Source: an uncultured Candidatus Saccharibacteria bacterium (GTDB lineage: Bacteria; Patescibacteriota; Saccharimonadia; Saccharimonadales; UBA4665). From it: a stretch of DNA of 62,799 bases. Positions 1-8,529 of the stretch are shown here, piece after piece. Made by a program: the position numbers and the translations under genes. Numbering within the stretch: position 1 is the stretch's first letter; each line of letters starts with the position of its first letter. The DNA is taken from NCBI GenBank assembly GCA_964393815.1, contig CAYMUP010000001.1:1-62799 (forward strand). Reading direction: 5' to 3'. The notes beneath the pieces were generated by a model. The model searched no databases. It was not told the origin of the DNA and saw only the letters and a program-made list of their open reading frames with translations.

Positions 1-14
1 TAAACGCTGAGACA

Positions 15-3000
15 ATGGACGAAGCGCGCACAAATGCCACGAAATACGCCTACACTACTGCGGTCAAATATTGTATCGAAAATGATGGGCTCCACAGAGA
101 CGAAGATAAAGTGCAGCTAGGACAAAAGCCCGAGAACTGGATGAAAGGGTTTAATGTCAATGTTGGTTACTTAATTGATTCAGGGGATGGTGAGAGAGAG
201 TGTGGGAACCTCATAACGACTGCGCTCGCCCAATTTGGCTATGATTCAAACCATTATATAGATTTCTTTAAGGACATGGGCTATAGCTGTACCACTACAG
301 CATGTAAGTTTAGTGGAAGCAAAGAGGACCAGACACACAACTTCCAGACTGTTGTCAGAAGAAAAAGTTTACCGACTACTGCCACACCTGCCATGAAGAC
401 AGTGTTGTATCTGGCTGGCTTACAAGCAGAGTGCGAAGTGGAACAAGTGAATGAGCCAAACGACGCCGCAATTGAAGATGCAATAAACCTGCGCCACGAT
501 ACAACAGTTGTCTATTTTGCGCAGGCCAATGCAGGAGTTATGAGTCTTGGCACTACAGTATACAAGTACGATACAAACAACCTTGTACGTGTTGTTGATT
601 ACGGCTCAGATTTCCGCAAACAAGATACTTGCATGGATATGGCACCAAAGCTTCGAGATGCATCAAAAGCTGCAGCTGAGCAACAAATAAAAGAGTTCGG
701 CGAAAAGAAAAAAGAACTCTACCTTGAGGCCGCATTAAAGGCAGCTTGTGGCGAGCCTTCAACCTCACCTGGTTACATTCGCTGCTCAGACGGTGTAAAG
801 TCTGCTTTTGCGACCTGTTACGCAAAGGCATTTGGGGGAGGCACCGGCCTTGGATCTGGAGCCAACCCTGACGATGTTGCCACAAAGGGTGAGCAGGGTC
901 TAGCAAACTGTCTTTCTGCCGCCACAGGAACCTCTGCAGACACGTTTATGACCGGGTTTCAATCTGTAAAAGCAGAGTTAGATGCTCTTGCCAACTCATA
1001 TCAAACTTCGACTTCAACTCAGACCGATGACTCCGACGACTGTCCACTCCCGAGTGATGCCGAAATGCGCTGGCTCGGCTGCGCCGTATTTGGACTGCTC
1101 AGAAAGGCAACTGAAACACTACACGACTACATACAGCAGTTCCTGTACGTTTCGGTTTCAAACATCTTTAATGACAACATAAAGAATGTTTCAAACAGTT
1201 TTCGCGCTATCGCCATAGGCATAATTATTATAGCTGGCCTAACTATGATCATCTCTCAAGCACTAGGTTTCGAACTATTTGACGCCTACACAATCAAAAA
1301 ACTTTTGCCTAGGCTTATTGTGGCGCTACTCGGGGTCGCGCTCGCCTGGCCACTTATGAAACTTATGGTCATACTCTTTAACGATTTAGGGTTAGGCATG
1401 GGCTCAGTACTCGATGACATTAGTGGTTTTGGTGGGTCTTCGACGGATGGTGTTGGCACAGGATCTGGAATAATATCCGTCTTCTTTGGTGGGGCTGCCG
1501 TCGTGGGCACCGTCTGGGCAATGGGCGTACTGGGCGGGCTCTCACTCATCGGTACAGCCGTGCTTTCGATGTTTGTAGGCATGATTGTGCTTGCCGTGCG
1601 CCAGGTAATGATACTTATGTGCGTCATACTGGCACCTTTCGCCATTGCTTGTTATGTACTGCCTGGTACACAAAAAGTTTGGGCCTTTTGGAAAAATACA
1701 TTCATGACCGCGCTTTTTATGTACCCCATCATCATGCTTTTCATCGGGGCAGGGCGTGCCGCCTCAGCGATTATCGGTAGCAACGGCAGCAGTGGCGCCA
1801 TGAACATTTTGGCCATCATGCTGTATTTTGCGCCGTACTTTATGCTGCCATACGCCTTCAAGATGGCTGGCGGCCTGATGAGCACCATCTTTGGCCTTGC
1901 CAATGACAGGGGTCGCGGCGCCTTTGACCGTATGAAAAAATTCCGTGGTAATCAGATGGGCAAGCGCATGCAACACCGCGGCAACCGCATTAACCGAGCC
2001 ACTACCGAACGCCAAGCGTCTCTGCAGCGTGCCATGAAAGCCCGCGCCAGCCGTTCTGGCCGCATAGGAAAAGTCCTGTACGGCGCTGGAGCTAGTGCTA
2101 TGGATGGCTACCAGGGTAACTTAGAGGCACGTGTCTCTGCATTTCAAGCTGCAGGGTCGAAAGAACTAAACGACCAGATCGCAACCGGTATGGACGACGA
2201 GCCTCGCGGTCTCACTGTCAACAAAGTTGCTGCCTTAGATCAGGGGAAGGTAGTTCGTGGACAAAACGTGATAGGCGGTTATCACTACGCAGCAGGTCAG
2301 ACTGCCGCTAGTGCTCTTTACCGTGTTGGCGAAGACGGGACTCGTCAGTTTAAGTCACTCGGGGGTGCATGGGTTGATGAAGCTGCAGTCGACAGAGCTC
2401 ACAAACGATGGGGCAGCGACACCAATGCACAACAGGCCGCACTGTCATACGAAATGCGTAAAGCAAATAGCGAACAAGAGGTCGACGGCATCAACAGCAG
2501 ATACGCTCAGCTGGCGACAGGGGCAGGTGGCTGGGGCATGACAGATACTCAAGCTGGCGGAGCCTGGATCGGCGCTGCCTTCGAGAACCAAAATCAACAC
2601 ATTGAGTTTAAGAAAACTAACTGGGAAACGGGTGAGCTTGGTTCAGGTGGTTACCAGAGCCTGGTCGATGAAGTATATGAAAAGAAGGGAAGCTACCCGC
2701 TATCACAAATGCACTCCCGCACTATCGAGCGTTTGAAGCAGTCTTACGAGGATGCCGGCCGGATTATTCAATCTGGGCAATTCCAAAACGCTGATGGGTC
2801 TACTCGATCAGCAAGTGTAGAAGAAATTCAACAAGCCTATGACAGGCAAGAAAAGATCGCTGGGATCGCAGAAACCTTTATGCACGATGCAGGAATGTCA
2901 ATGGGACCAGATGGCAAAGAACAGGGGCCAAGGCCCGACGCTACTGGCCAACGCGTTGTTTCTGGTCAAGGTGCCGCTCACACCAATGAACGTGTATTTG

Positions 3001-3143
3001 AGCTAGCTCGACTCACCGGCGTTCTTGCGGACGAACCAAAGGGAAATTATGCCCCTCCAGCCGTTCACACACAGGTACCTGCCACAAACCCAAATACTGG
3101 TCTATCGACAACCCCAAATCAACGTTCGCAACACCGCGGTTAG
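15..3143 (+). CDS. VirB6/TrbL-like polytopic T4SS membrane protein with large soluble N- and C-terminal extensions (1042 aa)
   Basis: Complete ORF. The central third (about aa 390-650) is a run of at least 6 hydrophobic helices (IAIGIIIIAGLTMIISQAL, LIVALLGVALAWPLMKLMVILF, VFFGGAAVVGTVWAMGVLGG, ILMCVILAPFAIACYVL, FMTALFMYPIIMLFIGAG, ILAIMLYFAPYFMLPYAF) flanked by about 380-aa soluble regions. Lies in synteny with the PrgI-like and VirB4 genes. Family call rests on topology and context only. Confidence 0.55.
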   Translation: MDEARTNATKYAYTTAVKYCIENDGLHRDEDKVQLGQKPENWMKGFNVNVGYLIDSGDGERECGNLITTALAQFGYDSNHYIDFFKDMGYSCTTTACKFSGSKEDQTHNFQTVVRRKSLPTTATPAMKTVLYLAGLQAECEVEQVNEPNDAAIEDAINLRHDTTVVYFAQANAGVMSLGTTVYKYDTNNLVRVVDYGSDFRKQDTCMDMAPKLRDASKAAAEQQIKEFGEKKKELYLEAALKAACGEPSTSPGYIRCSDGVKSAFATCYAKAFGGGTGLGSGANPDDVATKGEQGLANCLSAATGTSADTFMTGFQSVKAELDALANSYQTSTSTQTDDSDDCPLPSDAEMRWLGCAVFGLLRKATETLHDYIQQFLYVSVSNIFNDNIKNVSNSFRAIAIGIIIIAGLTMIISQALGFELFDAYTIKKLLPRLIVALLGVALAWPLMKLMVILFNDLGLGMGSVLDDISGFGGSSTDGVGTGSGIISVFFGGAAVVGTVWAMGVLGGLSLIGTAVLSMFVGMIVLAVRQVMILMCVILAPFAIACYVLPGTQKVWAFWKNTFMTALFMYPIIMLFIGAGRAASAIIGSNGSSGAMNILAIMLYFAPYFMLPYAFKMAGGLMSTIFGLANDRGRGAFDRMKKFRGNQMGKRMQHRGNRINRATTERQASLQRAMKARASRSGRIGKVLYGAGASAMDGYQGNLEARVSAFQAAGSKELNDQIATGMDDEPRGLTVNKVAALDQGKVVRGQNVIGGYHYAAGQTAASALYRVGEDGTRQFKSLGGAWVDEAAVDRAHKRWGSDTNAQQAALSYEMRKANSEQEVDGINSRYAQLATGAGGWGMTDTQAGGAWIGAAFENQNQHIEFKKTNWETGELGSGGYQSLVDEVYEKKGSYPLSQMHSRTIERLKQSYEDAGRIIQSGQFQNADGSTRSASVEEIQQAYDRQEKIAGIAETFMHDAGMSMGPDGKEQGPRPDATGQRVVSGQGAAHTNERVFELARLTGVLADEPKGNYAPPAVHTQVPATNPNTGLSTTPNQRSQHRG

Positions 3144-3209
3144 TTTAACCAATTCGTAATTTCATAACAGCTTATTGACTTTTGTGTTTCATTGTGCTAA
3201 TGTATAAAC

Positions 3210-4412
3210 ATGAACTCGCACGAAGCAGCACCAGTCGTAGCAGAGATACAGCAGCTATCTACCGATCACCTCCGCTCAGTTGAGCTAAATGAAACTGCAT
3301 ACAAATGCCTAGGGAAAATAGTTTTGCAAAACCCAGAGATAAGTCTAGATACATTTGAAGGTCATTACAATTCTGTTTTCCCCGGCGCTACCGCTAAGGA
3401 TCCGGATCATGGCTACAAAGTAACCGCTGCATTTGAGCAACTGCAAGCAGAAGGTGTGATTGCCCTTGGCGCAAATGATATAACTGAAAGTAAACCGAGA
3501 AGATGGGGTAGGGACAAGCATCCAGGAAAGACTGTGGGCCCTGAGAATCTTACCTTTGCAGTAAGTGGCCATACACCACCGACATCCCTTCGGCAGAACA
3601 AAAAAGCCTTTTACAAAGCTAGTAAAGACGCTCGTAGAGACGCTAAAGCAAAAGCTAGGGCGGAGGGGAAACCCTTTGGCCAAGGCAGTGGAGAAATCAC
3701 CTGGTCAAAAGTAGCTTTTGGAAATAGAAAAGTTCAGCAATCAAGAAACAGAAGTGCAGCTATGGGGGCTCGTCTCAAAGATTTAACAACCCCAAATAGT
3801 GCTGACAGTGCGGCAGTAAAAGCCGCGAAGTCTGTGGCGCGGACAATTGGTAAAGATAGTATTTACGAGCACAATAAACGCTTAAAGGACAGGGCAGACA
3901 AAGAAATTAAGAGGCAAATCGGAATTGCAAAAAGGAGTCATTCAGCCCCAAGCCCAGCTATAACCGAAGCAACCCCAGCGAGCCGACAAACTGTTAGAAT
4001 TAGCCCAGAAGTTGCCGAGTGGGCCAAAGAAAGGGTTACAGTTGCTAGGTCTGATGGTGGCGGTGGAGAGAAAATTGAGGTTAATGACGCTAACCAACTT
4101 TCTCTAAAAGCTGTTAAGGAAAGCTTGTTTACGCAAGATCAAGTCGAAGTTACCATTTGCCGCGCCCACGACGCCTACATGGAGGCAATTCGTGGAAGCG
4201 GTATGACCCCAGAAGCCGCTCGCGATGTCAGGAAAACAGTTATTCGTGCTGAAGCCGAGAAAGCCATTTTAGAAGTAGCTGGCAACACTCGAGTACCTGC
4301 TAGTCTTCTTAATAGCTTTGTAGATCTGATCGCCCAACATTACTCAGGGCAAATTGGCCAGAATGCCATTCGAGACCACGAGCAGACAAAGCAAGACCTT
4401 CTAAGCACTTAG
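3210..4412 (+). CDS. hypothetical basic protein (400 aa), T4SS-locus associated
   Basis: ATG-initiated ORF filling the gap between the VirB6-like and PrgI-like genes. Lys/Arg-rich middle region. No motif recognised. Confidence 0.5.
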   Translation: MNSHEAAPVVAEIQQLSTDHLRSVELNETAYKCLGKIVLQNPEISLDTFEGHYNSVFPGATAKDPDHGYKVTAAFEQLQAEGVIALGANDITESKPRRWGRDKHPGKTVGPENLTFAVSGHTPPTSLRQNKKAFYKASKDARRDAKAKARAEGKPFGQGSGEITWSKVAFGNRKVQQSRNRSAAMGARLKDLTTPNSADSAAVKAAKSVARTIGKDSIYEHNKRLKDRADKEIKRQIGIAKRSHSAPSPAITEATPASRQTVRISPEVAEWAKERVTVARSDGGGGEKIEVNDANQLSLKAVKESLFTQDQVEVTICRAHDAYMEAIRGSGMTPEAARDVRKTVIRAEAEKAILEVAGNTRVPASLLNSFVDLIAQHYSGQIGQNAIRDHEQTKQDLLST

Positions 4413-4542
4413 GGCTAGGGCACTACGGCCTAAAAGTCTGTCTTATAGAAAAAGTCTGAGGATTTAGCTTGCACGTACTGACTACAGTCTGCGGTAAGAA
4501 AATCCCATCGGTAGCCGGTCAATAAGGTATACTATAAGCAGT

Positions 4543-5715
4543 ATGGGGACGTACAAGGTTATTCAAGATATCGAAGCGGACGATAAGCTCTTTGGGCCGT
4601 TCAGCTTAAGGCAGTTTATTTACCTCGCCATTGCAGGGCTGCTCGGGTGGTTGTCATTCGTTGCGGTAATGAAGGGTATTCCCTATGTGTTAATCTTGAC
4701 CGCGCCAATTATCATTTTTGCCGGATTCTTGGCTTTCCCTTGGGGCAAAGACCAACCGACAGAGCTTTGGTTGCTTGCGAAACTGCGTTTCTTTATAAAA
4801 CCGCACAAGCGTATATGGGATCAGACGGGCGCCAAAGACCTGGTGTCTATAACCGTGCCAAAAAAGATTGAGCGCGTGCTGACCGATGGTCTGAGCCAAT
4901 CAGAGGTACGTAGCCGACTGGGCGCACTCGCAAACACCATCGATAGTCGGGGTTGGGCGATAAAAAATGTCAATGTCAACGTCGGAGCGATGGCGCCGGC
5001 CTATGCCGCTTCAGATCGTTTGGTTGACGTCGCCACCACTCTGCCTCAAGAGGTGCAGAGTATTGATGTGACCGCTTCCGACGACATACTCGATGATGCC
5101 GCGAGCCCAATTGCACACCAGTTTGACGCCATGATCGAGCAATCTGAGTCAACCAAACGTCAGGCACTGATCACCCAGATGAGCCAGCCTGCCCAGACAA
5201 CTAGTCCCAACCCTTCTGTGGCCGGGCAGCCGGCCCCAGACTACTGGTTTCTAAGCCAACCGACTACGGTTCCGCCCGCCCAGAGTCATTCTGACGCCAC
5301 GGACGACGCCCAGACCACAAACTTCCCCCTGACTGATCCAACCCCAATAGCCATACCGAGTGCCGCCACGCCAACCGACGAGGAAGCGGCATTGCTTGCC
5401 GAACGTAGGACAGAAGATGATCAAGCAGACGCCACTACAAGCCACTTAAAGACTATCAAAACCCCTGAGCAGATTGCCGAAGAAGCCAAGCAAGCTCAAG
5501 CAGAGGCCGCACGTCAAGCCGCAGAAGCCGCTGCTGCTGCACACCGAGCAAAAGAAGCAGAAGAGGCCGGAAAAGCACAAGTGACTACAGACCGCCAAGT
5601 TGCTATAATGAACCTGGCAAGTAGAGATGATCAGGACGTCGCAACACTGAGCCGCCGTGCTCAAAAAGAAATCAAAGATAATGATGATGGCGAGGTCGTG
5701 ATACCGCTGAGGTAA
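4543..5715 (+). CDS. PrgI-family (VirB3-analogue) T4SS membrane protein with long Ala/Glu/Gln-rich C-terminal tail
   Basis: The N-terminus MGTYKVIQDIEADDKLFGPFSLRQFIYLAIAGLLGWLSF, followed by a second TM helix, matches my memory of the PrgI family. Located immediately upstream of the VirB4 module. Confidence 0.6.
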   Translation: MGTYKVIQDIEADDKLFGPFSLRQFIYLAIAGLLGWLSFVAVMKGIPYVLILTAPIIIFAGFLAFPWGKDQPTELWLLAKLRFFIKPHKRIWDQTGAKDLVSITVPKKIERVLTDGLSQSEVRSRLGALANTIDSRGWAIKNVNVNVGAMAPAYAASDRLVDVATTLPQEVQSIDVTASDDILDDAASPIAHQFDAMIEQSESTKRQALITQMSQPAQTTSPNPSVAGQPAPDYWFLSQPTTVPPAQSHSDATDDAQTTNFPLTDPTPIAIPSAATPTDEEAALLAERRTEDDQADATTSHLKTIKTPEQIAEEAKQAQAEAARQAAEAAAAAHRAKEAEEAGKAQVTTDRQVAIMNLASRDDQDVATLSRRAQKEIKDNDDGEVVIPLR

Positions 5716-5740
5716 GCGCTTTTAAAAGCACGAAACCGCG

Positions 5741-6589
5741 GTGGGCAATGAGGGTACAATGAATCCAAACCAACAACAAGGACAACCAGTCGGAGCGAGA
5801 GGCTATGGGCAACAGCCCACTGTTAGTGCACAACCGGCTAGCAGCGCAGGCGTCAAAAAATCAAACCCAAACAGTACTCAAAATACGCTGCAGATTGCCG
5901 AAATACGCGATGGTATTGTGATAATGAACGATGGCACTTTTCGGGCGGTCGTGATGGTAAAAAGCATCAACTTTGACCTGATGAGTCCGCAGGAACAGGA
6001 AGCAGTGGAGTACGCTTACCAGGGGTTTTTAAACTCGCTGTATTTCCCAGTGCAGATTTTTGTCCGCTCCCAGCGCGTCGACTTGCAGCCTTATATCGAG
6101 AAGCTCGATAAAATCCGCACCGAACATGACAACATGCTACTGGCACTCCTCATGGACGACTATGTCGGCTACATAGACCAGTTGAGCATGCAGACCAACA
6201 TCATGGACAAGAAGTTTTACGTGGTGATACCTTTTGAGCCGGCCGTCGACCCCAGCAAGCTGCTCACCAAGGACAAAAACTTCATCACTGGGCTAGTGGA
6301 CATGTTTAGCAAAAAAGAAGACCACGTCGTTATCAATGAAAATGATCTAGAAAATGCCAAATCAGAGCTGCGTAACCGCGTCCAGGCTGTGCTTGGAGGT
6401 TTACAACAGTGCAGCATACAGGGTTTGCCGCTTGACACCCAGGAGCTCATCGAGCTCTATTACGACACCTATAACCCAGACACCGCAACCCGGCAGCAGC
6501 TCAAAAACTTCAACGATCTCAGTGCTGACGTAATCACCAAGGGGCAGGGAGTAGCAGAGCAGCCACACCTGCAGAGGGAACTACAATAA
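5741..6589 (+). CDS. VirB4 N-terminal-domain-like protein (possible detached first domain of a Tn916-Orf16/PrgJ-type VirB4)
   Basis: GTG start at 5741 (alternative ATG at 5759). Its stop overlaps the next start (TAATG at 6587-6591). After a Q/P-rich leader, IAEIRDGIVIMNDGTFRAVVMVKSINFDLMSPQEQEAVEYAYQGFLNSLYFPVQIFVRSQRVD resembles the extreme N-terminus of Gram-positive VirB4 ATPases. Confidence 0.5.
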   Translation: MGNEGTMNPNQQQGQPVGARGYGQQPTVSAQPASSAGVKKSNPNSTQNTLQIAEIRDGIVIMNDGTFRAVVMVKSINFDLMSPQEQEAVEYAYQGFLNSLYFPVQIFVRSQRVDLQPYIEKLDKIRTEHDNMLLALLMDDYVGYIDQLSMQTNIMDKKFYVVIPFEPAVDPSKLLTKDKNFITGLVDMFSKKEDHVVINENDLENAKSELRNRVQAVLGGLQQCSIQGLPLDTQELIELYYDTYNPDTATRQQLKNFNDLSADVITKGQGVAEQPHLQRELQ

Positions 6590-8511
6590 TGGCTTTTGGC
6601 AAGAAACAAAAGATTGACCCCGTAGCGCTTGCCCAGGCTCAACAGGCAAGAGAGCAGGCAGAGGTTGCCGATGCCTTTCGGAAGGGCATTACGGCGCTCC
6701 GCGACTTTATCGCGCCGAGTAGCATCGAGTTTTCTGGCACATACTTTCAAATCGGCACACGATTTGCTCGCACCTACTACGTCTTTGGCTACCCAAGACA
6801 GATTTACACTGGTTGGCTAAGTGGGCTCATTAACCTCGACGAAGTGATGGATCTTGCCATCTACGTGTACCCGGTGGAGAGCCAGGTTGTGCTCGAAAAC
6901 CTACGCAAAAAAGTTACCCAACTCGAGGCGGGTCTGCAGATAGACGCCGAAAAAGGTCGTGTACGTGACCCGGCAAAACAGGCCCAGATTTTGGACGCCG
7001 AAGAAATGCGAGACAAACTGCAGGTTGGCGAAGAGCGATTCTTCCGCTTTGGGCTGTATTTCACCATCTATGGTGGCAGCCTGGAGGAGCTGGAGTTCAT
7101 CAGTCACAAGGTCGAAAGCATGCTCGGCCAACAGCTCGTCTACAGCAAGCCGGCCACCAGCCAGCAAGAGCAGGGGCTCAATAGTGTTGTGCCGCAGCTC
7201 GTAGACCAGCTACAGATTCGCCGCAACATGTCGACAGGTGCCATTAGCACCAGTTTTCCTTTCACGAGCGCCGACCTCACACAGGACAACGGCATTTTGT
7301 ACGGCATAAACATGCACAACTCTGGCCTCGTCATCTTTGACCGCTTTAGCCTCGAAAACGGTAACTCCGTAGTCTTTGCTAAGTCTGGCGCCGGCAAAAG
7401 CTTTACAGTGAAACTGGAAGCGCTCCGCAGTCTCATGTTTGGCACCGAAATCTTCATCGTTGACCCAGAGAACGAGTACGAGCGTATGTGCGACGCTGTG
7501 GCAGGCGCGTACGTGAGACTAAGCCTCAACTCAGCCACACGCATCAACCCATTTGATCTACCAAAAGTCGTCGATACCGATGAAGCAGACAATGCACTGC
7601 GGTCCAACCTAATCACTTTGCACGGGCTTCTTCGCCTCATGATGGGCGGTGCCCAGTCGCAGATGATGGGTAACACGGCGGTGGCACTACCCGCACTTGC
7701 CCCGAGTGAAGAGGCCGACCTCGACGCCGCTCTCATAGACACCTACGCCAAGGCCGGCATCACCAACGACCCGCTAACCCACACCGCCACTCCCCCAACC
7801 ATCTCCGATCTGTATGACACACTGCTACACATGGGCGGCACAGGGCCACAGCTCGCGCAACGGTTGCGCAAGTACACCAGCGGGACGTTCGCCGGCATTT
7901 TTAGCCAGCAGAGCAACATAAACATCGACAACCCGATGGTGGTGTTTAACATCCGCGACCTCGAGGACGAACTACGTCCGGTCGCCATGTATATTGTGCT
8001 CAATTACATCTGGAATAAGACCAAGAGCGACCAGAAACGCCGTATACTCATCGTCGACGAGGCGTGGCAGCTTATGAAATACGAAGACAGCGCCAACTTC
8101 CTCTTCTCCTTAGCCAAACGGGCACGTAAATACAACCTGGGCATCACCACGATCACTCAAGACGTCGAGGACTTTATGGGCTCTCGTATGGGCCGCGCCA
8201 TCGTCGCCAATGCCAGCATGCAAATACTGCTCAAACAGTCGGCCAGTGCTGTCGACGTGCTCAGTGAGGTCTTTAAGCTGACCAGCGAGGAAAAGAAGCG
8301 GCTCGGCCAATTCCCCGTCGGGCAGGGACTTTTCTTTGCCGGGCAAAACCACGTACACATTCAAGTCGTCGCCAGCCCTACCGAAACTGGCCTCATCACT
8401 ACCAACCCGGTCCAGGTCCAAGCCATGCAACAAGGCACCATGAGCCAACCCCAAGGCACCATCGACCTTAGCAACCAACTGTACCCCGGGAGTACCAATA
8501 ACCTCTCTTAG
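6589..8511 (+). CDS. virB4: VirB4-family T4SS ATPase (640 aa)
   Basis: Walker A FAKSGAGKSFTVK, Walker B RRILIVDEAWQL, and the N-domain pattern FIAPSSIEFSGTYFQIGTRFARTYYVFGYPRQIYTGWLSGL typical of VirB4/TrsE/PrgJ. Confidence 0.88.
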   Translation: MAFGKKQKIDPVALAQAQQAREQAEVADAFRKGITALRDFIAPSSIEFSGTYFQIGTRFARTYYVFGYPRQIYTGWLSGLINLDEVMDLAIYVYPVESQVVLENLRKKVTQLEAGLQIDAEKGRVRDPAKQAQILDAEEMRDKLQVGEERFFRFGLYFTIYGGSLEELEFISHKVESMLGQQLVYSKPATSQQEQGLNSVVPQLVDQLQIRRNMSTGAISTSFPFTSADLTQDNGILYGINMHNSGLVIFDRFSLENGNSVVFAKSGAGKSFTVKLEALRSLMFGTEIFIVDPENEYERMCDAVAGAYVRLSLNSATRINPFDLPKVVDTDEADNALRSNLITLHGLLRLMMGGAQSQMMGNTAVALPALAPSEEADLDAALIDTYAKAGITNDPLTHTATPPTISDLYDTLLHMGGTGPQLAQRLRKYTSGTFAGIFSQQSNINIDNPMVVFNIRDLEDELRPVAMYIVLNYIWNKTKSDQKRRILIVDEAWQLMKYEDSANFLFSLAKRARKYNLGITTITQDVEDFMGSRMGRAIVANASMQILLKQSASAVDVLSEVFKLTSEEKKRLGQFPVGQGLFFAGQNHVHIQVVASPTETGLITTNPVQVQAMQQGTMSQPQGTIDLSNQLYPGSTNNLS

Positions 8512-8529
8512 CAAGAGGGTAGGATCACC

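Noticed and set aside
7140-7742. 200-aa minus-strand ORF inside virB4, plus similar long antisense ORFs at 8110-8514, 17526-18053, 27098-27658, 27943-28479, 44632-45132, 45125-45562 and 48618-49076.
   Set aside because: Each lies wholly inside a gene with clear family motifs on the other strand. They are Arg/Ser/Ala/Pro-rich shadow frames with no motifs and no RBS. They are typical antisense ORFs of GC-rich coding DNA.
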